This document shows positions 1 through 13,819 of a stretch of DNA of 64,000 nt, in pieces; positions within the stretch are counted from its first letter, which is position 1; each line of letters opens with the position of its first letter. The DNA comes from Eledone cirrhosa (taxonomy: Eukaryota). The notes under the pieces are model-generated. The model ran no database searches. It was not told where the DNA came from and saw only the letters and a list, made by a program, of their open reading frames with translations. Location of the stretch: NCBI GenBank assembly GCA_964016885.1, contig OZ024744.1:111042001-111106000 (forward strand). The letters are read 5' to 3'. Position numbers and translations under genes: made by a program.

Positions 1-1015
1 GCCCTGAACACAGTAAAACTACACAATCCACAATAACGTACCTTGCCCTGAACACAGTAAAACTACTTAATTCACTATAACTTACCTTGCTCTGAACACA
101 GTAAAACTACACAATCCACTATACCTTACCTTGCCCTGAACACAGTAAAACTACACAATCCACTATAGCTTACATTGCTCTGAACACAGTAAAACTACAC
201 AATCCACTATAAATTACCTTGCCCTGAACACAGTAAAACTACACAATCCACTATTACTTACCTTGCCCTGAACACAGAATAACTACACAATCCACTATAA
301 CTTAACTGGCCCTGAACACAGTAAAACTACACAATCCACTATTACTTACCTTGCTCTGAACACAGTAAAACTACACAATCCACTATTACTTACCTTGCTC
401 TGAACACAGAAAAACTACACAATCCACTATAACTTAATTTGCCATGAACACAGTAAAACTACACAATCCACTATTACTTACCTTGCTCTGAACATAGAAA
501 AACTACACAATCCACTATAACTTACTTTGCCATGAACACAGTAAAACTACACAATCCACTATAACTTAACTGGCCCTGAACACAGTGACACTACACAATC
601 AACTATAACTTACCTTGCTCTGAACACAGTAAAACTACACAATGCACTATAACTTACTTTGCCATGAACACAGTAAAACTACACAATCCACTAAAACTTA
701 CCTTGCACTGAACACAGTAAAACTACACAATCCACTATAACAAACATTGCCCGGAACAAAGTAAAACTACGTAATCCACTATACCTTACCTTGCCCTGAA
801 CACAGTGAAACTACACAATCCACTATAACTTACCTTGCTCTGAACACAGTAAAACTACACAATCCACTATACCTTACCTTGCCCTGAACACAGTAAAACT
901 ACATAATCCACTATAGTTTACCTTGCCCTGAACACAATAAAACTACACAATCCACTATAAATTACCTTGCTCTGAACACAATAAAACTACACAATCCACT
1001 ATAACTTAACTGGCC

Positions 1016-1074
1016 CTGAACACAGTAAAACTACACAATCCACTATAACTTACCTTGCCCTGAACACAGTAAAA
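1016..1074 (-). other. Representative splice-site-like cassette present in most monomers (acceptor, 6 nt, donor, 38-nt GT-AG segment); motif match only
   Basis: The minus strand reads TTTTACTGTGTTCAG (1074-1060) | GGCAAG (1059-1054) | GTAAGTTATAGTGGATTGTGTAGTTTTACTGTGTTCAG (1053-1016). AAG|GTAAGT equals the U2-type donor consensus MAG|GTRAGT. Confidence 0.5.
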
Positions 1075-1599
1075 CTACACAATCCACTATAACAAACATT
1101 GCCCTGAACACGGTAAAACTACACAAACCACTATAAATTACCTTGCCCTGAACACAGTAAAACTACATAATCCACTATAGTTTACCTTGCCCTGAACACA
1201 ATAAAACTACACAATCCACTATAACGTACCTTGCCCTGAACACAGTAAAACTACTTAATTCACTATAACTTACCTTGCTCTGAACACAGTAAAACTACAC
1301 AATCCACTATACCTTACCTTGCCCTGCACACAGTAAAACTACACAATCCACTATAACTTACCTTGCCCTGAACACAGTAAAACTACACAATCCTCTATAA
1401 CTTACCTTGCTGTGAACACAGTAAAACTACACAATCCACTATGCCTTACCTTGCCCTGAACACAGTAAAACTACACAATCCTCTATAACTTACATTGCCC
1501 TGAACACAGTAAAACTACACAATCCACTATTACTTACATTGCTCTGAACACAGAAAAACTACACAATCCACTATAACTTACTTTGCCATGAACAGAGTA

Positions 1600-2560
1600 A
1601 AACTACACAATCCACTACAACTTACCTTGCACTGAACACAGTAAAACTACACAATCCACTATAAGTTACCTTCCTCTGAACACAGTAAAACTACACAATC
1701 CACTATAACTTAACTGGCCCTGAACACAGTAACACTACACAATCCACTCTAACTTACCTTGCCCAGAACAAAGTATAACTACGTAATCCACTATACCTTA
1801 CCTTGCCCTGAACACAGTCAAACTACACAATCCACTATAGCTTACATTGCTCTGAACACAGTAAAACTACACAATCCACTATAGCTTACCTTGCCCTGAA
1901 CACAGTAAAACTACACAATCCACTATAGCTTACCTTGCCCTGAACACAGAAAAACTAAACAATCCACTATAACTTACATTGCCCTGAACACAGTAAAACT
2001 ACACAATCCACTATAAATTACCTTGCTCTGAACACAGTAAAATTACACAATCCACTATAACTTACTTTGCCATGAACACAGTAAAACTACACAATCCACT
2101 ACAACTTACCTTGCACTGAACACAGTAAAACTACACAATCCACTATAAATTACCTTCCTCTGAACACAGTAAAACTACACAATCCACTATAACTTAACTG
2201 GCCCTGAACACAGTAACACTACACAATCCACTCTAACTTACCTTGCCCAGAACAAAGTATAACTACGTAATCCACTATACCTTACCTTGCCCTGAACACA
2301 GTCAAACTACACAATCCACTATAGCTTACATTGCTCTGAACACAGTAAAACTACACAATCCACTATAGCTTACCTTGCCCTGAACACAGTAAAACTACAC
2401 AATCCACTATAGCTTACCTTGCCCTGAACACAGAAAAACTAAACAATCCACTATAACTTACATTGCCCTGAACACAGTAAAACTACACAATCCACTATAA
2501 ATTACCTTGCTCTGAACACAGTAAAATTACACAATCCACTATAACTTACCTTGCTCTGAA
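1600..2560. repeat. 11-monomer (484-bp) higher-order repeat, two tandem copies
   Basis: Marker TTCCTCTGAA at 1671 and 2155 (484 = 11x44), with the same series of GTATAACTACGTA, GTCAAAC and AAAACTAAAC variants. Boundaries are approximate. Confidence 0.88.
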
Positions 2561-2699
2561 CACAGTAAACCTACACAATCCACTATAAATTACCTTGCCC
2601 TGAACACAGTAAACTACACAATCCACTATAAGTTACCTTGCTCTGAACACAGTAAAACAACACAATCCACTAAAACTTAACTGGCCCTGAACACAGTAA

Positions 2700-5600
2700 A
2701 ACTACACAATCCACTATACCTTACTTTGCTCTGAACACAGTAGAACTACACAATCCACTATACCTTACCTTGGCCTGAACACAGTAAAACTACACAATCC
2801 ACTATAACTTACCTTGCTCTGAACACAGTAAAACTACACAATCCACTATAACTTACCTTGCTCTGAACACAGTAAAACTACACAATCCACTATAAATTAC
2901 CTTGCTCTGAACACAGTAAAACTACACAATCCACTATAACTTACCTTGCTCTGAACACAGTAAAACTACACAATCCACTATAACTTACTTTGCCATGAAC
3001 ACAGTAAAACTACACAATCCACTATAACTTACTTTGCCATGAACACAGTAAAACTACACAATCCACTATACCTTACCTTGGCCTGAACACAGTAAAACTA
3101 CACAATCCACTATAGCTTACATTGCTCAGAACACAGTAAAACTACACAATCCATTATAGCTTACCTTGCCCTGAAAACAGTGGAACTACACAATCCACTA
3201 TAAATTACCTTGCTCTGAACACAGTAAAACTACACAATCCACTATAACTTAACTTGCTCTGAACACAGTAAAACTACACAATCCACTATAACTTACCTTG
3301 CTCTGAACACAGTAAAACTACACAATCCACTATAACTTACTTTGCACTGAACACAGTAAAACTACACAATCCACTATAGTTTACCTTGCCCTGAACACAG
3401 TAAAACTACACAATCCACAATAACGTACCTTGCCCTGAACACAGTAAAACTACTTAAATCACTATAACTTACCTTGCTCTGAACACAGTAAAACTACACA
3501 ATCCACTATACCTTACCTTGCCCTGAACACAGTAAAACTACACAATCCACTAAAACTTACCTTGTTCTGAACACAGTAAAACTACACAATCCACTCTAAC
3601 TTACCTTGCCCGGAACAAAGTAAAACTACGTAATCCACTATACCTTACCTTGCCCTGAACACAATGAAACTACACAATCCACTATAACTTACCTTGCTCT
3701 GAACACAGTAAAACTACACAATCCACTATAAATTACCTTGCCCTGAACACAGTAAAACTACACAATCCACTATTACTTACCTTGCCCTGAACACAGAATA
3801 ACTACACAATCCACTATAACTTAACTGGCCCTGAACACAGTAAAACTACACAATCCACTATTACTTACCTTGCTCTGAACACAGTAAAACTACACAATCC
3901 ACTATTACTTACCTTGCTCTGAACACAGAAAAACTACACAATCCACTATAACCTACTTTGCCATGAACACAGTAAAACTACACAATCCACTATTACTTAC
4001 CTTGCTCTGAACACAGAAAAACTACACAATCCACTATAACTTACTTTGCCATGAACACAGTAAAACTACACAATCCACTATAACTTAACTGGCCCTGAAC
4101 ACAGTAACACTACACAATCAACTATAACTTACCTTGCTCTGAACACAGTAAAACTACACAATGCACTATAACTTACTTTGCCATGAACACAGTAAAACTA
4201 CACAATCCACTAAAACTTACCTTGCACTGAACACAGTAAAACTACACAATCCACTATAAATTACCTTGTTCTGAACACAGTAAAACTACACAATCCACTC
4301 TAACTTACCTTGCCCGGAACAAAGTAAAACTACGTAATCCACTATACCTTACCTTGCCCTGAACACAGTGAAACTACACAATCCACTATAACTTACCTTG
4401 CTCTGAACACAGTAAAACTACACAATCCACTATAACTTACTTTGCCATGAACACAGTAAAACTACACAATCCACTATAACTTAACTGGCCCTGAACACAG
4501 TAACACTACACAATCAACTATAACTTACCTTGCTCTGAACACAGTAAAACTACACAATGCACTATAACTTACTTTGCCATGAACACAGTAAAACTACACA
4601 ATCCACTAAAACTTACCTTGCACTGAACACAGTAAAACTACACAATCCACTATAAATTACCTTGTTCTGAACACAGTAAAACTACACAATCCACTCTAAC
4701 TTACCTTGCCCGGACCAAAGTAAAACTACGTAATCCACTATACCTTACCTTGCCCTGAACACAGTGAAACTACACAATCAACTATAACTTACCTTGCTCT
4801 GAACACAGTAAAACTACACAATCCACTATAACTTACTTTGCCATGAACACAGTAAAACTACACAATCCACTATAACTTACCTTGTACTGAACACAGTAAA
4901 ACTACACAATCCACTATAACTTACCTTGCACTGAACACAGTAAAACTACACAATCCACTATAACTTAACTGGCCCTGAACACAGTAAAACTACACAATCC
5001 ACTATAACTTAACTGGCCCTGAACACAGTAAAACTACAGAATCCACTATAACTTACCTTGCCCAGAACAAAGTAAAACTACGTAATCCACTATACCTTAC
5101 CATGCCCTGAACACAGTAAAACTACACAATCCACTATACCTTACCATGCCCTGAACACAGTAAAACTACACAATCCACTATAACTTACCTTGCCCTGAAC
5201 ACAGTAAAACTACACAATCCTCTATAACTTACCTTGCTGTGAACACAGTAAAACTACACAATCCACTATGCCTTACCTTGCCCTGAACACAGTAAAACTA
5301 CACAATCCTCTATAACTTACATTGCCCTGAACACAGTAAAACTACACAATCCACTATTACTTACATTGCTCTGAACACAGAAAAACTACACAATCCACTA
5401 TAACTTACTTTGCCATGAACAGAGTAAAACTACACAATCCACTAAAACTTACCTTGCACTGAACACAGTAAAACTACACAATCCACTATAAATTACCTTG
5501 TTCTGAACACAGTAAAACTACACAATCCACTCTAACTTACCTTGCCCGGACCAAAGTAAAACTACGTAATCCACTATACCTTACCTTGCCCTGAACACAG

Positions 5601-8600
5601 TGAAACTACACAATCAACTATAACTTACCTTGCTCTGAACACAGTAAAACTACACAATCCACTATAACTTACTTTGCCATGAACACAGTAAAACTACACA
5701 ATCCACTATAACTTACCTTGTACTGAACACAGTAAAACTACACAATCCACTATAACTTACCTTGCACTGAACACAGTAAAACTACACAATCCACTATAAC
5801 TTAACTGGCCCTGAACACAGTAAAACTACACAATCCACTATAACTTAACTGGCCCTGAACACAGTAAAACTACAGAATCCACTATAACTTACCTTGCCCA
5901 GAACAAAGTAAAACTACGTAATCCACTATACCTTACCATGCCCTGAACACAGTAAAACTACACAATCCACTATACCTTACCATGCCCTGAACACAGTAAA
6001 ACTACACAATCCACTATAACTTACCTTGCCCTGAACACAGTAAAACTACACAATCCTCTATAACTTACCTTGCTGTGAACACAGTAAAACTACACAATCC
6101 ACTATGCCTTACCTTGCCCTGAACACAGTAAAACTACACAATCCTCTATAACTTACATTGCCCTGAACACAGTAAAACTACACAATCCACTATTACTTAC
6201 ATTGCTCTGAACACAGAAAAACTACACAATCCACTATAACTTAACTGGCCCTGAACACAGTAACACTACACAATCCACTCTAACTTACCTTGCCCAGAAC
6301 AAAGTATAACTACGTAATCCACTATACCTTACCTTGCCCTGAACACAGTCAAACTACACAATCCACTATAGCTTACATTGCTCTGAACACAGTAAAACTA
6401 CACAATCCACTATAGCTTACCTTGCCCTGAACACAGTAAAACTACACAATCCACTATAGCTTACCTTGCCCTGAACACAGAAAAACTAAACAATCCACTA
6501 TAACTTACATTGCCCTGAACACAGTAAAACTACACAATCCACTATAAATTACCTTGCTCTGAACACAGTAAAATTACACAATCCACTATAACTTACTTTG
6601 CCATGAACACAGTAAAACTACACAATCCACTACAACTTACCTTGCACTGAACACAGTAAAACTACACAATCCACTATAAATTACCTTCCTCTGAACACAG
6701 TAAAACTACACAATCCACTATAACTTAACTGGCCCTGAACACAGTAACACTACACAATCCACTCTAACTTACCTTGCCCAGAACAAAGTATAACTACGTA
6801 ATCCACTATACCTTACCTTGCCCTGAACACAGTCAAACTACACAATCCACTATACCTTACTTTGCTCTGAACACAGTAGAACTACACAATCCACTATACC
6901 TTACCTTGGCCTGAACACAGTAAAACTACACAATCCACTATAACTTACCTTGCTCTGAACACAGTAAAACTACACAATCCACTATAACTTACCTTGCTCT
7001 GAACACAGTAAAACTACACAATCCACTATAAATTACCTTGCTCTGAACACAGTAAAACTACACAATCCACTATAACTTACCTTGCTCTGAACACAGTAAA
7101 ACTACACAATCCACTATAACTTACTTTGCCATGAACACAGTAAAACTACACAATCCACTATAACTTACTTTGCCATGAACACAGTAAAACTACACAATCC
7201 ACTATACCTTACCTTGGCCTGAACACAGTAAAACTACACAATCCACTATAGCTTACATTGCTCAGAACACAGTAAAACTACACAATCCATTATAGCTTAC
7301 CTTGCCCTGAAAACAGTGGAACTACACAATCCACTATAAATTACCTTGCTCTGAACACAGTAAAACTACACAATCCACTATAACTTAACTTGCTCTGAAC
7401 ACAGTAAAACTACACAATCCACTATAACTTACCTTGCTCTGAACACAGTAAAACTACACAATCCACTATAACTTACTTTGCCATGAACACAGTAAAACTA
7501 CACAATCCACTATAACTTACCTTGCACTGAACACAGTAAAACTACACAATCCACTATAGTTTACCTTGCCCTGAACACAGTAAAACTACACAATCCACAA
7601 TAACGTACCTTGCCCTGAACACAGTAAAACTACTTAATTCACTATAACTTACCTTGCTCTGAACACAGTAAAACTACACAATCCACTATACCTTACCTTG
7701 CCCTGAACACAGTAAAACTACACAATCCACTAAAACTTACCTTGTTCTGAACACAGTAAAACTACACAATCCACTCTAACTTACCTTGCCCGGAACAAAG
7801 TAAAACTACGTAATCCACTATACCTTACCTTGCCCTGAACACAATGAAACTACACAATCCACTATAACTTACCTTGCTCTGAACACAGTAAAACTACACA
7901 ATCCACTATAAATTACCTTGCCCTGAACACAGTAAAACTACACAATCCACTATTACTTACCTTGCCCTGAACACAGAATAACTACACAATCCACTATAAC
8001 TTAACTGGCCCTGAACACAGTAAAACTACACAATCCACTATTACTTACCTTGCTCTGAACACAGTAAAACTACACAATCCACTATTACTTACCTTGCTCT
8101 GAACACAGAAAAACTACACAATCCACTATAACCTACTTTGCCATGAACACAGTAAAACTACACAATCCACTATTACTTACCTTGCTCTGAACACAGAAAA
8201 ACTACACAATCCACTATAACTTACTTTGCCATGAACACAGTAAAACTACACAATCCACTATAACTTAACTGGCCCTGAACACAGTAACACTACACAATCA
8301 ACTATAACTTACCTTGCTCTGAACACAGTAAAACTACACAATGCACTATAACTTACTTTGCCATGAACACAGTAAAACTACACAATCCACTAAAACTTAC
8401 CTTGCACTGAACACAGTAAAACTACACAATCCACTATAAATTACCTTGTTCTGAACACAGTAAAACTACACAATCCACTCTAACTTACCTTGCCCGGAAC
8501 AAAGTAAAACTACGTAATCCACTATACCTTACCTTGCCCTGAACTCAGTGAAACTACACAATCCACTATAACTTACCTTGCTCTGAACACAGTAAAACTA

Positions 8601-10420
8601 CACAATCCACTATAACTTACTTTGCCATGAACACAGTAAAACTACACAATCCACTATAACTTAACTGGCCCTGAACACAGTAACACTACACAATCAACTA
8701 TAACTTACCTTGCTCTGAACACAGTAAAACTACACAATGCACTATAACTTACTTTGCCATGAACACAGTAAAACTACACAATCCACTAAAACTTACCTTG
8801 CACTGAACACAGTAAAACTACACAATCCACTATAAATTACCTTGTTCTGAACACAGTAAAACTACACAATCCACTCTAACTTACCTTGCCCGGACCAAAG
8901 TAAAACTACGTAATCCACTATACCTTACCTTGCCCTGAACACAGTGAAACTACACAATCAACTATAACTTACCTTGCTCTGAACACAGTAAAACTACACA
9001 ATCCACTATAACTTACTTTGCCATGAACACAGTAAAACTACACAATCCACTATAACTTACCTTGTACTGAACACAGTAAAACTACACAATCCACTATAAC
9101 TTACCTTGCACTGAACACAGTAAAACTACACAATCCACTATAACTTAACTGGCCCTGAACACAGTAAAACTACACAATCCACTATAACTTAACTGGCCCT
9201 GAACACAGTAAAACTACAGAATCCACTATAACTTACCTTGCCCAGAACAAAGTAAAACTACGTAATCCACTATACCTTACCATGCCCTGAACACAGTAAA
9301 ACTACACAATCCACTATACCTTACCATGCCCTGAACACAGTAAAACTACACAATCCACTATAACTTACCTTGCCCTGAACACAGTAAAACTACACAATCC
9401 TCTATAACTTACCTTGCTGTGAACACAGTAAAACTACACAATCCACTATGCCTTACCTTGCCCTGAACACAGTAAAACTACACAATCCTCTATAACTTAC
9501 ATTGCCCTGAACACAGTAAAACTACACAATCCACTATTACTTACATTGCTCTGAACACAGAAAAACTACACAATCCACTATAACTTACTTTGCCATGAAC
9601 AGAGTAAAACTACACAATCCACTAAAACTTACCTTGCACTGAACACAGTAAAACTACACAATCCACTATAAATTACCTTGTTCTGAACACAGTAAAACTA
9701 CACAATCCACTCTAACTTACCTTGCCCGGACCAAAGTAAAACTACGTAATCCACTATACCTTACCTTGCCCTGAACACAGTGAAACTACACAATCAACTA
9801 TAACTTACCTTGCTCTGAACACAGTAAAACTACACAATCCACTATAACTTACTTTGCCATGAACACAGTAAAACTACACAATCCACTATAACTTACCTTG
9901 TACTGAACACAGTAAAACTACACAATCCACTATAACTTACCTTGCACTGAACACAGTAAAACTACACAATCCACTATAACTTAACTGGCCCTGAACACAG
10001 TAAAACTACACAATCCACTATAACTTAACTGGCCCTGAACACAGTAAAACTACAGAATCCACTATAACTTACCTTGCCCAGAACAAAGTAAAACTACGTA
10101 ATCGACTATACCTTACCATGCCCTGAACACAGTAAAACTACACAATCCACTATACCTTACCATGCCCTGAACACAGTAAAACTACACAATCCACTATAAC
10201 TTACCTTGCCCTGAACACAGTAAAACTACACAATCCTCTATAACTTACCTTGCTGTGAACACAGTAAAACTACACAATCCACTATGCCTTACCTTGCCCT
10301 GAACACAGTAAAACTACACAATCCTCTATAACTTACATTGCCCTGAACACAGTAAAACTACACAATCCACTATTACTTACATTGCTCTGAACACAGAAAA
10401 ACTACACAATCCACTATAAC
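2700..10420. repeat. About 4.15-kb (94-95 monomer) higher-order duplication containing nested 9-mer and 19-mer repeats
   Basis: TAGAAC marker at 2741/6877 (4136 = 94x44); CGGACCAAAG at 4711/8891 (4180 = 95x44). Internal spacings are 396 bp (TAACAC 4105/4501) and 836 bp (CGGACC 4711/5547 and 8891/9727). Confidence 0.87.
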
Positions 10421-10439
10421 TTACTTTGCCATGAACAGA

Positions 10440-11800
10440 GTAAAACTACACAATCCACTACAACTTACCTTGCACTGAACACAGTAAAACTACACAATCC
10501 ACTATAAATTACCTTCCTCTGAACACAGTAAAACTACACAATCCACTATAACTTAACTGGCCCTGAACACAGTAACACTACACAATCCACTCTAACTTAC
10601 CTTGCCCAGAACAAAGTATAACTACGTAATCCACTATACCTTACCTTGCCCTGAACACAGTCAAACTACACAATCCACTATAGCTTACATTGCTCTGAAC
10701 ACAGTAAAACTACACAATCCACTATAGCTTACCTTGCCCTGAACACAGTAAAACTACACAATCCACTATAGCTTACCTTGCCCTGAACACAGAAAAACTA
10801 AACAATCCACTATAACTTACATTGCCCTGAACACAGTAAAACTACACAATCCACTATAAATTACCTTGCTCTGAACACAGTAAAATTACACAATCCACTA
10901 TAACTTACTTTGCCATGAACACAGTAAAACTACACAATCCACTACAACTTACCTTGCACTGAACACAGTAAAACTACACAATCCACTATAAATTACCTTC
11001 CTCTGAACACAGTAAAACTACACAATCCACTATAACTTAACTGGCCCTGAACACAGTAACACTACACAATCCACTCTAACTTACCTTGCCCAGAACAAAG
11101 TATAACTACGTAATCCACTATACCTTACCTTGCCCTGAACACAGTCAAACTACACAATCCACTATAGCTTACATTGCTCTGAACACAGTAAAACTACACA
11201 ATCCACTATAGCTTACCTTGCCCTGAACACAGTAAAACTACACAATCCACTATAGCTTACCTTGCCCTGAACACAGAAAAACTAAACAATCCACTATAAC
11301 TTACATTGCCCTGAACACAGTAAAACTACACAATCCACTATAAATTACCTTGCTCTGAACACAGTAAAATTACACAATCCACTATAACTTACCTTGCTCT
11401 GAACACAGTAAAATTACACAATCCACTATAACTTACTTTGCCATGAACACAGTAAAACTACACGATCCACTACAACTTACCTTGCACTGAACACAGTAAA
11501 ACTACACAATCCACTATAAATTACCTTCCTCTGAACACAGTAAAACTACACAATCCACTATAACTTAACTGGCCCTGAACACAGTAACACTACACAATCC
11601 ACTCTAACTTACCTTGCCCAGAACAAAGTATAACTACGTAATCCACTATACCTTACCTTGCCCTGAACACAGTCAAACTACACAATCCACTATAGCTTAC
11701 ATTGCTCTGAACACAGTAAAACTACACAATCCACTATAGCTTACCTTGCCCTGAACACAGTAAAACTACACAATCCACTATAGCTTACCTTGCCCTGAAC
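10440..11800. repeat. 11/12-monomer higher-order repeat, about three tandem copies
   Basis: TTCCTCTGAA at 10514, 10998 (+484) and 11526 (+528). Confidence 0.85.
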
Positions 11801-13819
11801 ACAGTAAAACTACACAATCCACTATACCTTACTTTGCTCTGAACACAGTAGAACTACACAATCCACTATACCTTACCTTGGCCTGAACACAGTAAAACTA
11901 CACAATCCACTATAACTTACCTTGCTCTGAACACAGTAAAACTACACAATCCACTATAACTTACCTTGCTCTGAACACAGTAAAACTACACAATCCACTA
12001 TAAATTACCTTGCTCTGAACACAGTAAAACTACACAATCCACTATAACTTACCTTGCTCTGAACACAGTAAAACTACACAATCCACTATAACTTACTTTG
12101 CCATGAACACAGTAAAACTACACAATCCACTATAACTTACTTTGCCATGAACACAGTAAAACTACACAATCCACTATACCTTACCTTGGCCTGAACACAG
12201 TAAAACTACACAATCCACTATAGCTTACATTGCTCTGAACACAGTAAAACTACACAATCCATTATAGCTTACCTTGCCCTGAAAACAGTGGAACTACACA
12301 ATCCACTATAAATTACCTTGCTCTGAACACAGTAAAACTACACAATCCACTATAACTTAACTTGCTCTGAACACAGTAAAACTACACAATCCACTATAAC
12401 TTACCTTGCTCTGAACACAGTAAAACTACACAATCCACTATAACTTACTTTGCCATGAACACAGTAAAACTACACAATCCACTATAACTTACCTTGCACT
12501 GAACACAGTAAAACTACACAATCCACTATAGTTTACCTTGCCCTGAACACAGTAAAACTACACAATCCACAATAACGTACCTTGCCCTGAACACAGTAAA
12601 ACTACTTAATTCACTATAACTTACCTTGCTCTGAACACAGTAAAACTACACAATCCACTATACCTTACCTTGCCCTGAACACAGTAAAACTACACAATCC
12701 ACTAAAACTTACCTTGTTCTGAACACAGTAAAACTACACAATCCACTCTAACTTACCTTGCCCGGAACAAAGTAAAACTACGTAATCCACTATACCTTAC
12801 CTTGCCCTGAACACAATGAAACTACACAATCCACTATAACTTACCTTGCTCTGAACACAGTAAAACTACACAATCCACTATAAATTACCTTGCCCTGAAC
12901 ACAGTAAAACTACACAATCCACTATTACTTACCTTGCCCTGAACACAGAATAACTACACAATCCACTATAACTTAACTGGCCCTGAACACAGTAAAACTA
13001 CACAATCCACTATTACTTACCTTGCTCTGAACACAGTAAAACTACACAATCCACTATTACTTACCTTGCTCTGAACACAGAAAAACTACACAATCCACTG
13101 TAACCTACTTTGCCATGAACACAGTAAAACTACACAATCCACTATTACTTACCTTGCTCTGAACACAGAAAAACTACACAATCCACTATAACTTACTTTG
13201 CCATGAACACAGTAAAACTACACAATCCACTATAACTTAACTGGCCCTGAACACAGTAACACTACACAATCAACTATAACTTACCTTGCTCTGAACACAG
13301 TAAAACTACACAATGCACTATAACTTACTTTGCCATGAACACAGTAAAACTACACAATCCACTAAAACTTACCTTGCACTGAACACAGTAAAACTACACA
13401 ATCCACTATAAATTACCTTGTTCTGAACACAGTAAAACTACACAATCCACTCTAACTTACCTTGCCCGGAACAAAGTAAAACTACGTAATCCACTATACC
13501 TTACCTTGCCCTGAACACAGTGAAACTACACAATCCACTATAACTTACCTTGCTCTGAACACAGTAAAACTACACAATCCACTATAACTTACTTTGCCAT
13601 GAACACAGTAAAACTACACAATCCACTATAACTTACCTTGTACTGAACACAGTAAAACTACACAATCCACTATAACTTACCTTGCACTGAACACAGTAAA
13701 ACTACACAATCCACTATAACTTAACTGGCCCTGAACACAGTAAAACTACACAATCCACTATAACTTAACTGGCCCTGAACACAGTAAAACTACAGAATCC
13801 ACTATACCTTACCATGCCC

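Larger units (their letters stand above)
1..6405. repeat. Copy 1 of a block repeated at offset 57,595 bp
   Basis: Rare variants recur at exactly +57,595: GCCCTGCACA 1321/58916, TACTTAAATC 3451/61046, CTGAAAACAGTGGAAC 3171/60766, and a 43-bp unit near 2610/60205. Confidence 0.93.
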
